A DNA stretch of 64,000 bases, from assembly GCA_044892525.1 (NCBI GenBank), contig CM097886.1, forward strand, positions 142,104,001 to 142,168,000. The letters are read 5' to 3'. Position 1 is the stretch's first letter. Every line of letters begins with the position of its first letter. Source of the stretch: Schmidtea polychroa. Lineage: Eukaryota. The position numbers and the translations under genes are program-made. The notes beneath the pieces are model-generated. The model made no database searches, was not told the DNA's origin, and worked only from the letters and a program-made list of their open reading frames with translations. Shown here in pieces: positions 1 to 13,894 of the stretch.

Positions 1-716
1 TTCAGATGCGCGATAGCTCGTTATTAAGATGCGCGATAGCTCGTTATTCAGATGCGCGATAGCTCGTTATTCAGATGCGCGATATCTCATTATTCAGATG
101 CGCGATATCTCATTATTCAGATGCGCGATATCTCATTATTCAGATGCGCGATATCTCATTATTCAGATGCGCGATATCTCATTATTCAGATGCGCGATAT
201 CTCATTATTCAGATGCGCGATATCTCATTATTCAGATGCGCGATATCTCATTATTCAGACGCGCGATATCTCATTATTCAGATGCGCGATATCTCATTAT
301 TCAGATGCGCGATAACGCATTATTCAGATGCGCGATAACGCATTATTCAGATGCGCGATATCTCATTATTCAAAAGCGTGATAACGCATTATTCAGATGC
401 GCGATATCTCATTATTCAAAAGCGTGATAACGCATTATTCAAAAGCGCGATATCTCATTATTCAAAAGCGTGATAACGCATTATTCAAAAGCGCGATAAC
501 GCATTATTCAAAAGCGTGATAACGCATTATTCAAAAGCGTGATAACGCATTATTCAAAAGCGCGATAACGCATTATTCAAAAGCGTGATAACGCATTATT
601 CAAAAGCGTGATAACGCATTATTCAAAAGCGTGATAACGCATTATTCAAAAGCGTGATAACGCATTATTCAAAAGCGCGATAACGCATTATTCAAAAGCG
701 CGATAACGCATTATTC
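1..716. repeat. 23-bp minisatellite array (~31 units)
   Basis: Units TTCAGATGCGCGATAGCTCGTTA, TTCAGATGCGCGATATCTCATTA and TTCAAAAGCGTGATAACGCATTA in direct tandem with no spacers. ORFs 29..427, 52..315 and 75..338 are artefacts of the array. Confidence 0.97.
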
Positions 717-869
717 TGCGTGTTGTTGTTAAAATGTCTTATGCTTGTATATGTGCGCATACAGGCGAGGACAAACCTTTGTCCTCGATAAAAAAATTGA
801 ATTTATCGAAATTGATTGGGATTTTTTAATTTAATTGATTGTTTTTGTTTGAATATTTGGAAAATATGT

Positions 870-1650
870 CAACGGATGTTTATTTTAAATTTGATAATGA
901 AGAAGAAAAATATTGAATGCTGAAAAGAAAGTATATTACTGAGTTAATGGAACAAGAAGAGAGGAAGTTGTATAATTCTAATGGTTCTGAATAAACAGAT
1001 AGTTTTTTCGTGGAGAAGGATATCAATCACTACTTAAAGAATGTGGCTTGATGTGGTGATGTTGAGGAATCTGATTCTACTCCATTTGTCAAAATATCTA
1101 TTGATAAAAGATTCGAATTGCATTTCTATGAAGTTATTAAATTAGTTGTTCAATGTCGAAATGATCCCAATGCTGCTGTTCGAAGCTAGCATTATGGAAT
1201 TGTGCTCAATGAATATTTACGATGATTGGATATATTATATGCTATACCGTTAGAGAGTGAAGACGAGGAGAAAATACGATGGGGTCATGTTGTGAAATTA
1301 TATTTGAATGTGGCTCATTATAATTTGAAATTAAACAGGGGACAATCTGCAATCAAATGTTGCAATACGATGCTTGTTAAGCAGCCGGTGAATGCAAAAG
1401 CCCTTTATCGAAAAGGAAACGGTCTGATTATTATTGGAGAATTTGAATCTGGTATTTCAAAAATGTTCAAACTCGAGAGCATGCTTTGTTGGCTGATACA
1501 CTTGGAGTCAAACAAATGATAGTTGATGTAAATAAAACCTTGATTCCAGGCTTCATTTGGATTTGATTTGCTCAATGAGTATGTAATAAATATTATATAA
1601 GCTGCTGAGTTATGTAAAGCTGAGATAGGAATCTGTCCCAAAGCTACAGA
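870..1650 (+). pseudogene. Decayed FKBP-type TPR protein gene (FKBP4/5/6-like TPR region)
   Basis: [52 protein letters not shown] matches the immunophilin TPR pattern (LNLA..YLKL...A+..C..AL.....N.KALYRRG). Flanking sequence has in-frame stops and no clear introns. Boundaries are approximate. Confidence 0.6.
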
Positions 1651-1988
1651 ACTGATTGAAATATTTTTTCGGGAACCTTATTAATTAATATAATTTAAGA
1701 ATTATTTTTGAAGGGGCCTCGTGATCTTAATTGCCAAAATTTAGATGTTAAATTACCTTTTGAAAATATTTGGAAAATTTACTAAAAATTCATATCAATG
1801 ACTCGATGATTCTCGTGTTATATGACTTTAACTTTCCATCATTGTCACATCACTTAAAATGTATTTTTTTAATCAATTTTACAATTCTTAAATTGGAAGT
1901 GCTTTTGTTTTAAAAATTATATTTTGGAATTTTCTATTTTTTATTCAAGTTAAATGAACCAAAATTGGCAGTTTTATTTTTTATAAAA

Positions 1989-3495
1989 ATGAGTTGGTTA
2001 ACGCGTTTTGAATAAAAATCAGATAGAGTTGAAGGAACTTAGTTGCATCCAAAGAGTCCATGGATCTTGACCAGCTTACATAACGGTCTTATTCAGTTAT
2101 TTGGGATGCTAATATTCATTATTTGGGACTATCGGATGTGTACATTAATTGAAAATTTTGAAGAACGTGAATGTCCAGTTAGATGAATAGATTCTCATAG
2201 CAACCAGCCTATTTTTGTATCAGGAGATGATTATAAAACCATAGTTTGGAATTTTAAAAGGAAACAATGCCTTTCACTCTATTTGGATTATGTATGAACA
2301 TTTTTTGATAAATATTATACTTCCTTGTATAATGAGTGCGAGTGATGATCAGACTATTCATATTTGAAATTGGTAATCAAGAACAGCGATATGTATATTA
2401 ACGGGGCATAGTAATTATGTAACGTGTGCTCAATTTCATCCAAAAGAAGATTTAGTTCTTTTGGATGATAAAACTAGTGTCCATGAAGGCATTAGTATCA
2501 AAAGTGGATGATGGGGAAAATACGATGTCTTTGTCTACACAATCAGTACTCATAAAATATGCTTTCTTGAATGAAGATGATGGAATTATTTAAGACTTTG
2601 GATATGCCAGTCTATTTGACAAAGGTAAGCGTTACATCGGCTTATTGTCTTGACGGGCAAGACATTACAAATATTCTAGTCATTGACTCAACTGAATATC
2701 GATTTAAGATGACTCTGATTAATAGACGTTATGAAAAGGTCTTTCATATGGTTAAAAATGCCAAATTAATCGGCCAAAATAAATCTCAAAAAAAGGATAT
2801 TCATAAATCGCATTGCTTACTCGTTTTGCTTTGGCATTAGAATGTGGTAATTTGGATATTGCATTAGAAGTGCCACGAGAATTGAATGATAATCAATGCT
2901 GAGAGAAACTTGCATTAATGTATGGCAATCACCAAATAGTTGAAGTGGCATTTAAAAATCAAAAAATTATGATAAACCCAATTTTTTTTCCTTATCACAG
3001 GAAATCTGAAAAAATTACGTAATTTGATGAAAATTGATGAGTCAAGATTTTTCAAGTCATTTTCAAACTGCTTTATTTTTTGGTGATGTCGAGGAACCAA
3101 TTAAAAATTTAAATAATGTTGGTTTAAGATCATTGGCTCCCTTGACAGCCGTAACTCAAGAAATTGATAATAAACAAATCGAGTCAGTCAAATCTTACAT
3201 TGAAGCAAAAAATATTAAGGTGTTGGAATTAGATTCTGATGCTTGACTTATTTTACCAACTCCTTCGACGCAACAAATGCATTCATCAAATCAAGAATCT
3301 CTTAATTAGGCTCTTCTTACGGACTCAGGATATTTCTTAGAAGTTGCAATGCTTTCGAGGAATCAAAATACAACCGAATTTAATCAGACAAATAATGAAT
3401 TATTAGTAGCACCAGGCGATATGACTGAAGCTTATTGAGGTGAAGATGCCGATATACAATTCGATGATGAAGAGAAGGCTTCCTTCTACATCTAA
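1989..3495 (+). pseudogene. COPA: Intronless coatomer subunit alpha pseudogene, internally deleted
   Basis: Manual translation gives [66 protein letters not shown] and [20 protein letters not shown] (N-terminal WD40). It then jumps near 2470 to IIKTLDMPVYLTKV, TEYRFKMTLINRRYEKVFHMVKNAKLIGQ, GNHQIVEV and HFQTALFFGDVEE. Many stops and frameshifts. Confidence 0.88.
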
Positions 3496-3615
3496 TTTGT
3501 TTGGTTATCTATAGAGAAATATAAAACGAAACACTTACATTAAATTAAAGATATCAAGTTCAAAAGCTATTATAGGGTTAGGGTTAGGGTATAACTGGAA
3601 ATAATTTATTTTAAG

Positions 3616-3815
3616 TACCGTAATTATTCGTATATAATACGCTTTTTCATAATTTTTTGAATGATTATCGTGGCGTGTATTATACTAGGGTATGACTGGA
3701 AATGATTCTTTCCGGTTTAGGAAATTTTCTGAGAAACCAGTATTCGTGAGGGAAGTAAAAAATAAATTGTTAGCTAATTTTTAATGGTGCGAACTACATT
3801 GGGATAATTACAATG
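3616..3815. mobile_element. pogo/Tigger-type MITE, copy 1
   Basis: Ends TACCGTAATTATTCG ... GGATAATTACAATG. Internal sequence (TTTTCTGAGAAACCAGTAT, TTTAATGGTGCG) is shared with 13668-13894. Confidence 0.65.
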
Positions 3816-4515
3816 ATTTGAGTCAGTAATTTAAGAGATCAAAAAATAACCACCCTTGATAAACTCGAAAAAACGAGGCGCTATAAACGAGTTTTAGCAT
3901 GACAATGAAAATAAGATGATGGATTTTACTGCCCACTCCACTCGTCAGAATAAAATAAATATTGCATAGAAAAACTAAGTAAACATCAATCAAAATTGAC
4001 ATCGAACCCTGGCATTGATATTTATGTAATTTACATTTTATGAAGTATCCGGTGAGATAGGCAGGATTTAGAGAAAAAATAGGACAAATATGAAATTCAA
4101 TATATTTAAACAAATATATGACATTTTTTATTAAATAAATAAATCGAAATTATTTTAATTAAAAATCGATAATTTCACACATGGACAGGAAAATATAGCT
4201 GTTTAAATCAGTTGGTCGAAAATTGTATTGGATTTTATTTTTAGAATTATGAGAAATGTCTTTTTAGAATATTTTTCCTTGACTTCTAATTCCATATTAA
4301 CTATTACAAGGGAACTTGTTTACTTTTTCGAAAAAGTGATTCTTAAAAATATTGTTATTAATTCGTAGACAATAAACATTTTTAGAAAAAATCACAATCA
4401 TCGGTACAGTTACAAAGTTTTTTTTTATTTAAATTTTTTTTCTATTACCAATTATTATTTTTATAAGAACTTATTTTGATTTTCACTTTTGATTTCTTTT
4501 CATTTTCAATTGACG

Positions 4516-4596
4516 TTATATTTATTATAAAATTGACTATGATATAAAAATATCGAGATCTTTACTAATTCATAGTCAATTTTTTAATAAATATAA
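4516..4596. repeat. Fold-back inverted repeat (27-bp arms, 1 mismatch, 27-bp spacer)
   Basis: TTATATTTATTATAAAATTGACTATGA (4516-4542) is the reverse complement of TCATAGTCAATTTTTTAATAAATATAA (4570-4596) apart from one base. Confidence 0.8.
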
Positions 4597-5072
4597 TATC
4601 AATTTATTATTTTATACACAATAATTCGTCTCACTGTTACTTGTATGCTAAAAAGACAGGAATAAGCAAATATAATTTATTAGCGCATAAAAAATAATAA
4701 ATGAAATAATGTAACTATTATTTCAATATTTTATAGTATAATATTATTCTATTATATAGTTAAACATTCATATAATTCTCTGAGTTATTTGGATTGGTCT
4801 TGAAAGCAAACATATTATTACTTCTGTAAAAATTACCACAAAGAAATTGTCCACCCTCTTTTTTCTGTGACGAATTTTCCGGTCACCGATAAGCATTGAT
4901 CCCTGAGTGATTTTGTGAAACTCTTATTCAAATGATAATAATTTTGATGAAAATAATTTTGATAATGAAATATAATTGTATTTGATAATTGAGAGGTTTT
5001 TTATAAATAAATAAATATTTGCCAACTGTTACATACACCAAAAATAGTTATATGAAGACAATATATCCAGAT

Positions 5073-5518
5073 CAGGGGTGGGGAACCTTTTGATTTCCAT
5101 AGGCCACATTGAAATTTGTCGCCTCCAAATGGGGCCGCAGTCAAAAAGTATTTTAACATTAATTAATTTCATTTTAAATCTTTTGTTTGTATACAGTAAT
5201 TTGAATAATGCATCTGTACGAAATATTCAGGAATCTGAATTATTTCTGAATCGAAAAATTGATGCAAATAAGTCATCATTTCACAAATGAGTGCTCAAAA
5301 TTCCTGTTTATTCGTCTACATACGTTTTGTATTTATGGGTGTGAATGATTGACTTTTATATTTCGTTCTTTGTACTCGGTGGGATGCTTGTACAGTACGA
5401 TATATACAGTTCAGTAGTTACAAGTATTTTTATTTGTAAATCATCAAAATTCATGGTTTTTATATAAATTAAGATTTATTTCGATAAGGCTGCTGAGGCC
5501 GCAGGTTCCCCACCCCTG
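5073..5518. mobile_element. Non-autonomous hAT (Charlie-like) MITE, 446 bp
   Basis: Perfect 16-bp TIR CAGGGGTGGGGAACCT / AGGTTCCCCACCCCTG. 8-bp TSD ATCCAGAT at 5065-5072 and 5519-5526. Confidence 0.92.
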
Positions 5519-6122
5519 ATCCAGATAGTGACATTTTTCCAAATATAAGAAATACAGAAGCGATTTGAATATGATAAAACTTTGAAACTCAATATCATCA
5601 TACATGGCTTTGTGAAAGTTATTAGAAAAGTTAAGTGGTAATGACCTTAAAAAAATGGTACTGCAAATTGAAATCTGATCGTCGATCATAATAAGATTAA
5701 AGGTCCAAGTAAAGTACGGTCAAATTTTATTTTTGCTAAATACATTGCCGTAAATTATACAGTTCTATTTCTACAAGATCAGTTTAAATGATATCATTAG
5801 TTTTGATCAAAAGAATTATGCACTATCTCTGTTTGATAATTCTGAATCAAATAAAATATTTCATTTTTTCTAAATTAATCTTTAAACGTGGATTTTGCTG
5901 ACGTGTATAATTTTATTACCATTAGGATTATAATTAAATATTCCAAATTTAACATTATTATTAATACTTATCAGTTTGTGTTAATGTCATGCGAATATAT
6001 TTATTACGTTACTGTATTTTTATTGAATTTAAACGAATACTTAATTTCCGAACAAAGTGCAACTGTTGAATCCAGTAGATTTTCTGAAAAATTGTGTTAT
6101 TATTTATATATTTAATTCATAA

Positions 6123-6267
6123 NNNNNNNNNNNNNNNNNNNNNNNNNNNNNNNNNNNNNNNNNNNNNNNNNNNNNNNNNNNNNNNNNNNNNNNNNNNNNN
6201 NNNNNNNNNNNNNNNNNNNNNNNNNNNNNNNNNNNNNNNNNNNNNNNNNNNNNNNNNNNNNNNNNNT
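6123..6267. other. Assembly gap (N run)
   Basis: Run of N. Confidence 1.
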
Positions 6268-6489
6268 ATAAGCCTTTTTCTGCGAATAATGTATTTAATG
6301 AAAAAAATTTCGACTATAAGATAGTCCTTGTCAATCTCCTGGAATTTAGCAATCTTCTTCCCGAAAATACATTTCTATCTTTCTTTTATTTCTTTTTTCT
6401 TACTTCTCATTGGTTATAAATATAATATAATATAATGATATACTTTCTTTTTTAATAATAAATGCTGCTACCAAGAAATCATCACTTTA

Positions 6490-6490
<1 letters not shown>

Positions 6491-6570
<80 letters not shown>
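6491..6570. repeat. (ATT)n microsatellite, ~27 units
   Basis: Direct reading. Confidence 0.97.
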
Positions 6571-6571
<1 letters not shown>

Positions 6572-6886
6572 ATTAAATAATTTTTTTTTCATTAATCTTT
6601 TATTGTTTTCATATTTGTCAATTCTATCTCATCTTAGATGGTAAGATCAGTGTAAATTTTTTTACAGTAAATTATATTATTTATTTAGTCTGCAGTTCAT
6701 TTTGCTTGCAAATTTGGTGAAACATCTATAGTCAAATTACTTTTAGGAACTTATAAATCAAAACCCGATCTTAGGAATCATGTAATTTTAAATTATTTTT
6801 TATGAAATTAATGTTTTATTAATGAATATTTAGTCAGTAAGAAATGTCTTTTTTTATGAGTTTCATGGTTTTCACATACATTTTAG

Positions 6887-7358
6887 GGTAAAACCCCTCT
6901 ACATTTGGCAGTGGAATTTAATAAAATTGAATGTGCAAAATTACTTAAAAATATATATAGTAGGTTTTATTCATTTCATATTTATAGAGGTTGTTTGCAT
7001 AATGTATATTCAGATGCTTCGGCTGAGATCAGTGATTATTCTGGGTTTTTACCTATCCACTATGCAACCTCAGATACTTATCATATATATATAGGTTTTT
7101 GTATATTATCTCGTATTTCTCTTAAATTATTCATTAAATTTCAGGATTTCTAGGTTCATTTAAAGGATTCAATAAAAATAATATAACTAAAAGTATATTT
7201 TTCTCTTAACAAAATAATAATAAAATTTCACCGAAGAAACACTACGCTCTTTTGATGATATTTCTCCCATTCAATACACTAGGAGAACTTTTAGTAGAGA
7301 GGAGTCAGTTGATGAATTATCACCAAAAATGAGATTTAATTTCCTTTCGATTCCCAAA
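6887..7358 (+). CDS. Partial spliced ankyrin-repeat protein gene
   Basis: Exon 6887-6959 follows TTTTAG and reads GKTPLHLAVEFNKIECAKLLKNIY. A 54-nt GT-AG intron (6960-7013) leads to NASAEISDYSGFLPIHYA, completing an ankyrin consensus. A further open segment ends at a GTAATT donor near 7358. Start and end of the gene were not found. Confidence 0.6.
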
Positions 7359-10300
7359 GTAATTATTTTTATTAATTAATTCTTTTTTACAATATTGTCG
7401 AATTTAATAACAATGAAACTAAAATTATTCGGGTTAATTTCGAATAACGGTGATATTAATATAATCATATATTTGATTTACTTGACAAAAAGATTTAGCT
7501 TTTTGCACTGTCAATTGTCTGGTATTGGTACATGATAAAACAGTTTCATGGACAATTTAAATCCAAATTTACATGTAATTTTCATTGTATCATTTTCTAC
7601 ATTGACTGAAGAACGAATAGTTTTAAATGGTACTTTATATCCACATTTAAAATAGATAACAGCCGGCTTGCTAAATATCATATTATTATAAAGTAACTGG
7701 ATAGTAGAAAATACTTAATGAATATTTAGTATTTTAGTACAAATTTCTTCTGAAAAATCAGAGGATTCTGTGTTTAATCTTTGCCATTATCAGTTTTGTA
7801 TAGTTATTGGGTTGACCAATAAGTCATTAATTATTTTTCTTCAAGTAAATAAATGACTTCAATAACCTCATTTTAAACCGCAAAATGATTGTAAAACATG
7901 AAAGCTACTTATTCAACATTATTTTAGAGCATGTGAATATGATTGTTTTAACACTTTCAATACGATTTTTTTTATTTTAATAATTCATGTAATATTTATA
8001 GCACACGTGTCTACTGTTTGTTCGCAACATCTTGAGTGATAAAATTTTATAGAAAAGAAAAAAAGCAAACAGCAACAAAGTAGACAGGTTTGGACTTGCT
8101 TACGAGCCTATGACCTTACAGTGCTAAAATAGACTATAAAACTCTCTGGGGCAATTTGTCCCTACAGTATTGAAAGGGTTAAATATCATTTTATTTTTGT
8201 GTAGATTGAAAATGGAAAATAAGAACAAGCAGTTTAGAGATTGTATTTGATAAATTGTCACGAAATGTTGCAAATATAATTCGTTTGTATGTCAAAAACA
8301 TTGTGTAGCAAACATTATTTGTAATTCTTGTCAGGTAATGGATGTCTTTCTCTGTATTAAAAACTTCATGAAAAGGTGATCATTATAAGTTATTTCTTTA
8401 TCTTTCTAACTGAATCCTTTTACACAAACCAGTGTCTTTTATGCTATAAATTAAAAGTCTTTTAAGAATTAAATCATTTATTTAAAATTTTCGGTATTTA
8501 GTGACATTTACAAGTTTCAAAAAGCTTGGACAATAATCAAAGAAATTTCCAAGATAACAAATATTATTTTTAATATTGTCTTGAAGGTCTATTTAGTTTA
8601 TGCAGTGGTCTTTCAATCTTGAGAAGTAGAGTTTGTAATCATGAAAAATAGGTTATTTTAGATTGCATATGCGCACTACATAAACCTTACAAAGCATTTG
8701 AAGAAAAAATGACGAATAGATCATTTCAAAAAAATACTTATGTACATTTTTACCCAAAACAGATTTTAGCACATGGTGACATGAGACTTTGGCATACTAA
8801 AATGTTTTTTTCTCAAAAATGAAAACTTTTGAACGATTTAAACATTTAATGTATAAGAGTTGCTTAAATTTTACAGTGTATAAAAGTCCTTGAAGTTGTA
8901 AGAAAATTGTAGTTGTACATGACAATGCCCTAAAACCACAGCTATTCAATTAGCGGCCCGAGAAGGCCTTATAACTGGCCCGTGGACCTATGCCAAAATT
9001 TTAGGGATTTTTTAAATCTGTTTTTGAATTATTAAAATTATAATTATTTAAATTTTATATCTATAATATATATATATATATATTCCCTTTTTCACATTGA
9101 ATAAATTCTATAATTTACATTGTAAATATTTTATATACTTTTAAAAGCTTCCAGAATGCACTGTTGCACATGTATCATTTTAAATATTTATTGGATGTGC
9201 TCACCAGTCCATCTCCCCAAACCCCTATCCGATTCTCTGGCCCTCCACCATTTCCAGATTTCTCTAGTTTGGCCCTTGACTAAATCTAATTGAAAAGCCC
9301 TCCCTAAACCGAGTTTAAGAACTAGCAATAACATATTTTTATTTTTGTTTCGGAAAAAAACGAAAGATAATTTTAAAGGAAAGTGAAAAATACGATGAAA
9401 CTCAAAGAAAAAATTGACTAGCAGTAACATACAGACAAGAATAACTATATATAGTTGACTACATATTAAATAAATTACACAATATAATTAATTATTACAA
9501 TATTTTATTCTTGTAGTTCTATAATAGGACTGCTATTATTGACTTGTTACCAGGAATGCTGCCAGTCATTACAATTTTACTTTAAGACACAAATCTAATT
9601 TTCAATTTGTTGTAAAAATGATGCAACGACAAACTAACTAAAGCTGGAGAAATCACATTCATTCGCTCAGAAATGAAAGGCATATTTTAATAATAGAAGT
9701 TATTAAACTTTATGATAAATCAACTGTCATAGAATTATTTATGAAAAATACACACTTGATAAAGGCTGTGTCGAAATATCGTGTACCTTATATATAATGC
9801 CGGCTCGAGGTCGCTTAACGCCCTTGACATAGAAGTAATGAATCGCCATGTTTGTACTGATTGTTAGAAAATATAAATCTGTAAAAAACAATACAATTAA
9901 ATTTAAAAAATTATTTTGTAACAATTTTTTTTCGAATATTGAGCGCAAAGAGAGTACCCCTAACTCTTTGGCGCCCTTGGAAAATGCCAATTTCGCCCTA
10001 AGGAAGACCAGTAATCCATGTATATATATTCAAAAATTAAGTATGATTATTTATAAACACATTATTCAAAAAAAAATGTCTTTTTCGCAGTGTTTAACAA
10101 TTGCTAAAAAAATTTGCTATTATATTTTAAAAGTTATTTTTAAAAGATTTCTGTTGATGATATTTAATATAATTTGTTTTATGAATTTGTTCATAAAATT
10201 TAGTTATTTATTAAAAATAAATTTTAGAGAATTGGTGGATTATTTACGGATATAAATTGGAAAGAATAATTTTGGGTACTCAATTTGAAATTATTTGCAC

Positions 10301-11956
10301 CATAAAGTTTTTATTGTATCGCTTTTTTATATTCTCCCAGCCTTTAATATATTAAAATTGATTCATTAATAATTATTATTAATGTGAAAACATCGAAATT
10401 TGATCTGCATGTTGAATCTCATAAATATTAATTTGCAAATGATTTTTATATAGTTTCATTTATAGACAAAAGTTTTTCTAAGACAAATTTATAAAAATTC
10501 TTCAAAATTCTCCAAAAAAAATTCTCTAAATAATAAAACTGAAAACTTAAGGCTAACGGGTAAATCATTTGTTTTAAAATTCATATGGATATAAAGTAAT
10601 AGAAGCTGTCAGAAAAAGTTTTTTTTTGAAATATGGTAAAACAAATGTATTATTAAAATAACAATTTCCAAATAAATATATTTGAAAAATTTAATTAAAT
10701 ATAAATAATATTCTGAGCAATGTCATCAACACACCACATACATCAAATAGTTATACATCTTTTAGAGGCCATGGTCATTTTTTATATAAAATCAACTTGA
10801 TAAAATTCTCGACACCTTTGAATTCACTGTATAGCAATGAAAAGTATTTAATGGTCGTTTTAGTTTTTATTAACTAGCAACTCTCCCGCCCCCCCCCAAA
10901 AAAATATTTTAAAATCACCTTTTACCCATGAGTTAAAAATAAAGGAACAAATAAAGAAACAAATAAAGGAACATTTTAATTAATTCTATTATTTTAATAT
11001 TGATGCTGCTGGTTATCGAATGAGTGATAAAGATGATCCAGTGATATCGATCCTTTATCCTAAGTATCTCTGTTCCTCAGTATCATTTCTGCATCCGAAC
11101 TGTTAAGGTTATACCAAAATATATAAAATTGATCAAAAAGTAATTAACAAAAAAAACATACAAAATAAATTAAAATTTATTTAAAAATTTTAAAAATGTA
11201 AAATGTAACGTTTGACAGGGGTCGAACACGTGCTTGGCACCTAGATGGCCAGTTTCTAGAGGCAGTCGATTCAATAAAATTTCAATTTCAAATAACAATT
11301 TAGAATGGCTGATATATATTTCTTTTCAATTGACATTGTATTTATTAAAAAGCTTGACTATGAATCAGAAAATTTAGCGATGATTTTGATATTCACGAAT
11401 AGGAGTCAGAGTTAATATATAAACTCAGAGGGACCTTTACCACTATAAATTCCATCACTAGCTTCATTCATTTTCATCTTCTCCTTTGGCACATTAATGG
11501 TCAAAAAGTAGCATGTCTATCTACCTGTGGACAGGTAATAGTTTGAAGGAAAGTGAAAGAAATAGTGACAAAAGAAAGTGATATAGTAAGTGTTTATATA
11601 TTTAAACATATGTAATTCAGGATTCAACTTAATATGTCGTTTAGAAATTGACCTTTGGAATTTTTAAAATTTATGTATTTAAATGCAAAATATGTTTATA
11701 CATCTTTATACATAATAACACGTTGAGATTATAAACTATTTATTCGAAAAATTCAAGTTGGATAATATATATCCAAAGGATCAAGGGTCTTGAAAACAGG
11801 GTAATCTATAAAATGTATTATCGAAAAAGGAAAGTAAGCGCAACGTAACTACAAAGTTTAGGCTCACATGCAAAATGTATCACGTTTTTTTAAATTAGTA
11901 ATTTATTTGACAATATCTTTTGGATATTTTGAAAAGAAATTAAGCCTCTATAATTT

Positions 11957-12414
11957 CATGGGCGTCCGCAAAGGGGTTAGGCACTTGCCCCCCCCCCCTG
12001 AATTTCCCAAACCATTCTATTTTTCGATTAATTTAAACACATTTTAATAGATGCGCTCAAACAATGTTGGAAAAATCCAAAACAAAAAATAATTTAATTT
12101 AAAGAGGCTTCCTGTTTTTTTTATTTTTATTAATTATATCTGGAAATCAATGACTTCAAATCATCTTATTTGTATAAAAACTTTCAATAATAACTGACGT
12201 TCTGGTTATAAAAAAAAGTGTTCTATTTTGTAAATTAATGAAAAAAGTGTTCTATTTTGTAAATAAACGAAAAAAGTCATATTTTGTATAATGCCCTAAA
12301 TATTAATTATACACATGCATTTTTTTCAACTCTCTTCCTCCCTAGAAAAAATGTCTACTTGTTAAAAAAATTATTTTTGCCTCCCCCTTGGAAAACTTTC
12401 TGCGGACACCCATG
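11957..12414. mobile_element. Non-autonomous hAT-type MITE, 458 bp
   Basis: TIR CATGGGCGTCCGCA / TGCGGACACCCATG (13/14). 8-bp TSD TATAATTT at 11949-11956 and 12415-12422. Confidence 0.9.
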
Positions 12415-13667
12415 TATAATTTCTAATTAATTTTAATATTTAGCCCCAATATTTTAAAAATAAGTTTTGATTTTAAAACAAATAAAATTTATTTTAAATT
12501 TAATTTAATTTTAATTTAATTTTTTAGCAAAAACCGTGAAAGGGTTATAACAAAATTTTTTTATAAAAATCAAAATTTAACATGATAGTTATTATTTAAA
12601 GTGAGATTTGACATGAAAAATTCAAAATTTTGTTTTATGAGAAAAATACAGGGTTATTCATTATTATAAAACGTGATTTTCTTTAGTTAAAAACAAAAAA
12701 ATAATCACATAATTAACCCGTTATTTCCCAAATTATTTGGTAGATAACGGGTTTATTGAACTATAACTTTATTAAATAAAATGAATACGAGCTATTCTTC
12801 TGCCTTGAATTTCTGTAAAATCCAACAGTTGGTTTATCATTTAAAACCGCAGTTCTCCCTAATCCTTATTTTGATTCTTACTTCTTTATAAACATGTCTG
12901 CGATTATTATTTTCTGTTGAGCGTGGTGGATTTTATTCAAACTCATTTTGACTTGGTTTTATATTCCCAAGACTCGTTGCAACACGTGATAATTCCAAAT
13001 TATACCTAATTTCAAAAATTATTTCTTCTGTTCCAAAATAATTTTTATTACATTTATTTTTTCCACCGTAATTATTGTTCTTTTTCTTGATGCATTTTCA
13101 GTCATTTGTACGCTATCCAAGATTCATATTTCATAATATTGAATATATCTACATATCCTTGTAATATTACGAAATGAAAACTAATTTATTAACACTAACG
13201 CTGTATCAAAAATTGGTAAAGTTGTTGTTGGGCCATACTAATACACGTCTTCAAACCAACTCATGTGGCGCCTAAGTTCACTGTAAATGTAAGTTGTATT
13301 TCACTCGCGTGGCAAGTCAATGTGTTAATTAATAAATAGAAAATAATTAACAGTTATTCATAGAATCAATATTTAAAAATTTGTAAAAAAAATATCATTT
13401 ATATTAGTAAATTATCGATATTATAATTCCATGATGGAATTTCCATCTCATGCCCACCTGATTAAATCAAATTCAAAGCTTTTCCCATTTGGTTTTTGTA
13501 CTTTTTATCGAATTAATATTATGCTTTGCCTTGTATTTTTTACTGACAAACTATTGTGATATCAATAAATTTTAATACATTGTTGGAGGTCCATTGACGG
13601 AATTAACTAATGTTGTCTATGTTGATTTTATACAAACCCCATTATTTATGATAGAATTCACACAGTA

Positions 13668-13894
13668 ACCGTAATTATCCGTATATAATACACTTTTTTT
13701 CTTATTTTTTAGGATTATAATCAGTACGTATTATAAAAGGGTACAGCAAGAAATAATTTTTTCCTGTTTAGAAAGTTTTCTGAGAAACCAGTATGGGTAA
13801 GAGAAGTAAAGAATAAATTGTTACAAAAATTTTAGTTAATGTTTAATGGTGCGTATTATATTTGGGCGTGTACTATATTTGGATAATTACGGTA
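13668..13894. mobile_element. pogo/Tigger-type MITE, copy 2
   Basis: TIR ACCGTAATTATCC ... GGATAATTACGGTA; homologous to 3616-3815. Confidence 0.7.

Noticed and set aside
1-716. CRISPR array or repeat protein
   Set aside because: Units are contiguous with no unique spacers, no cas genes are present and the context is eukaryotic. The ORFs appear in all three frames simply because the 23-bp unit lacks stops.
3573-3589. Telomere (TTAGGG repeats; similar at ~16230 and ~34040)
   Set aside because: Only 2-3 units, internal and beside transposon relics.
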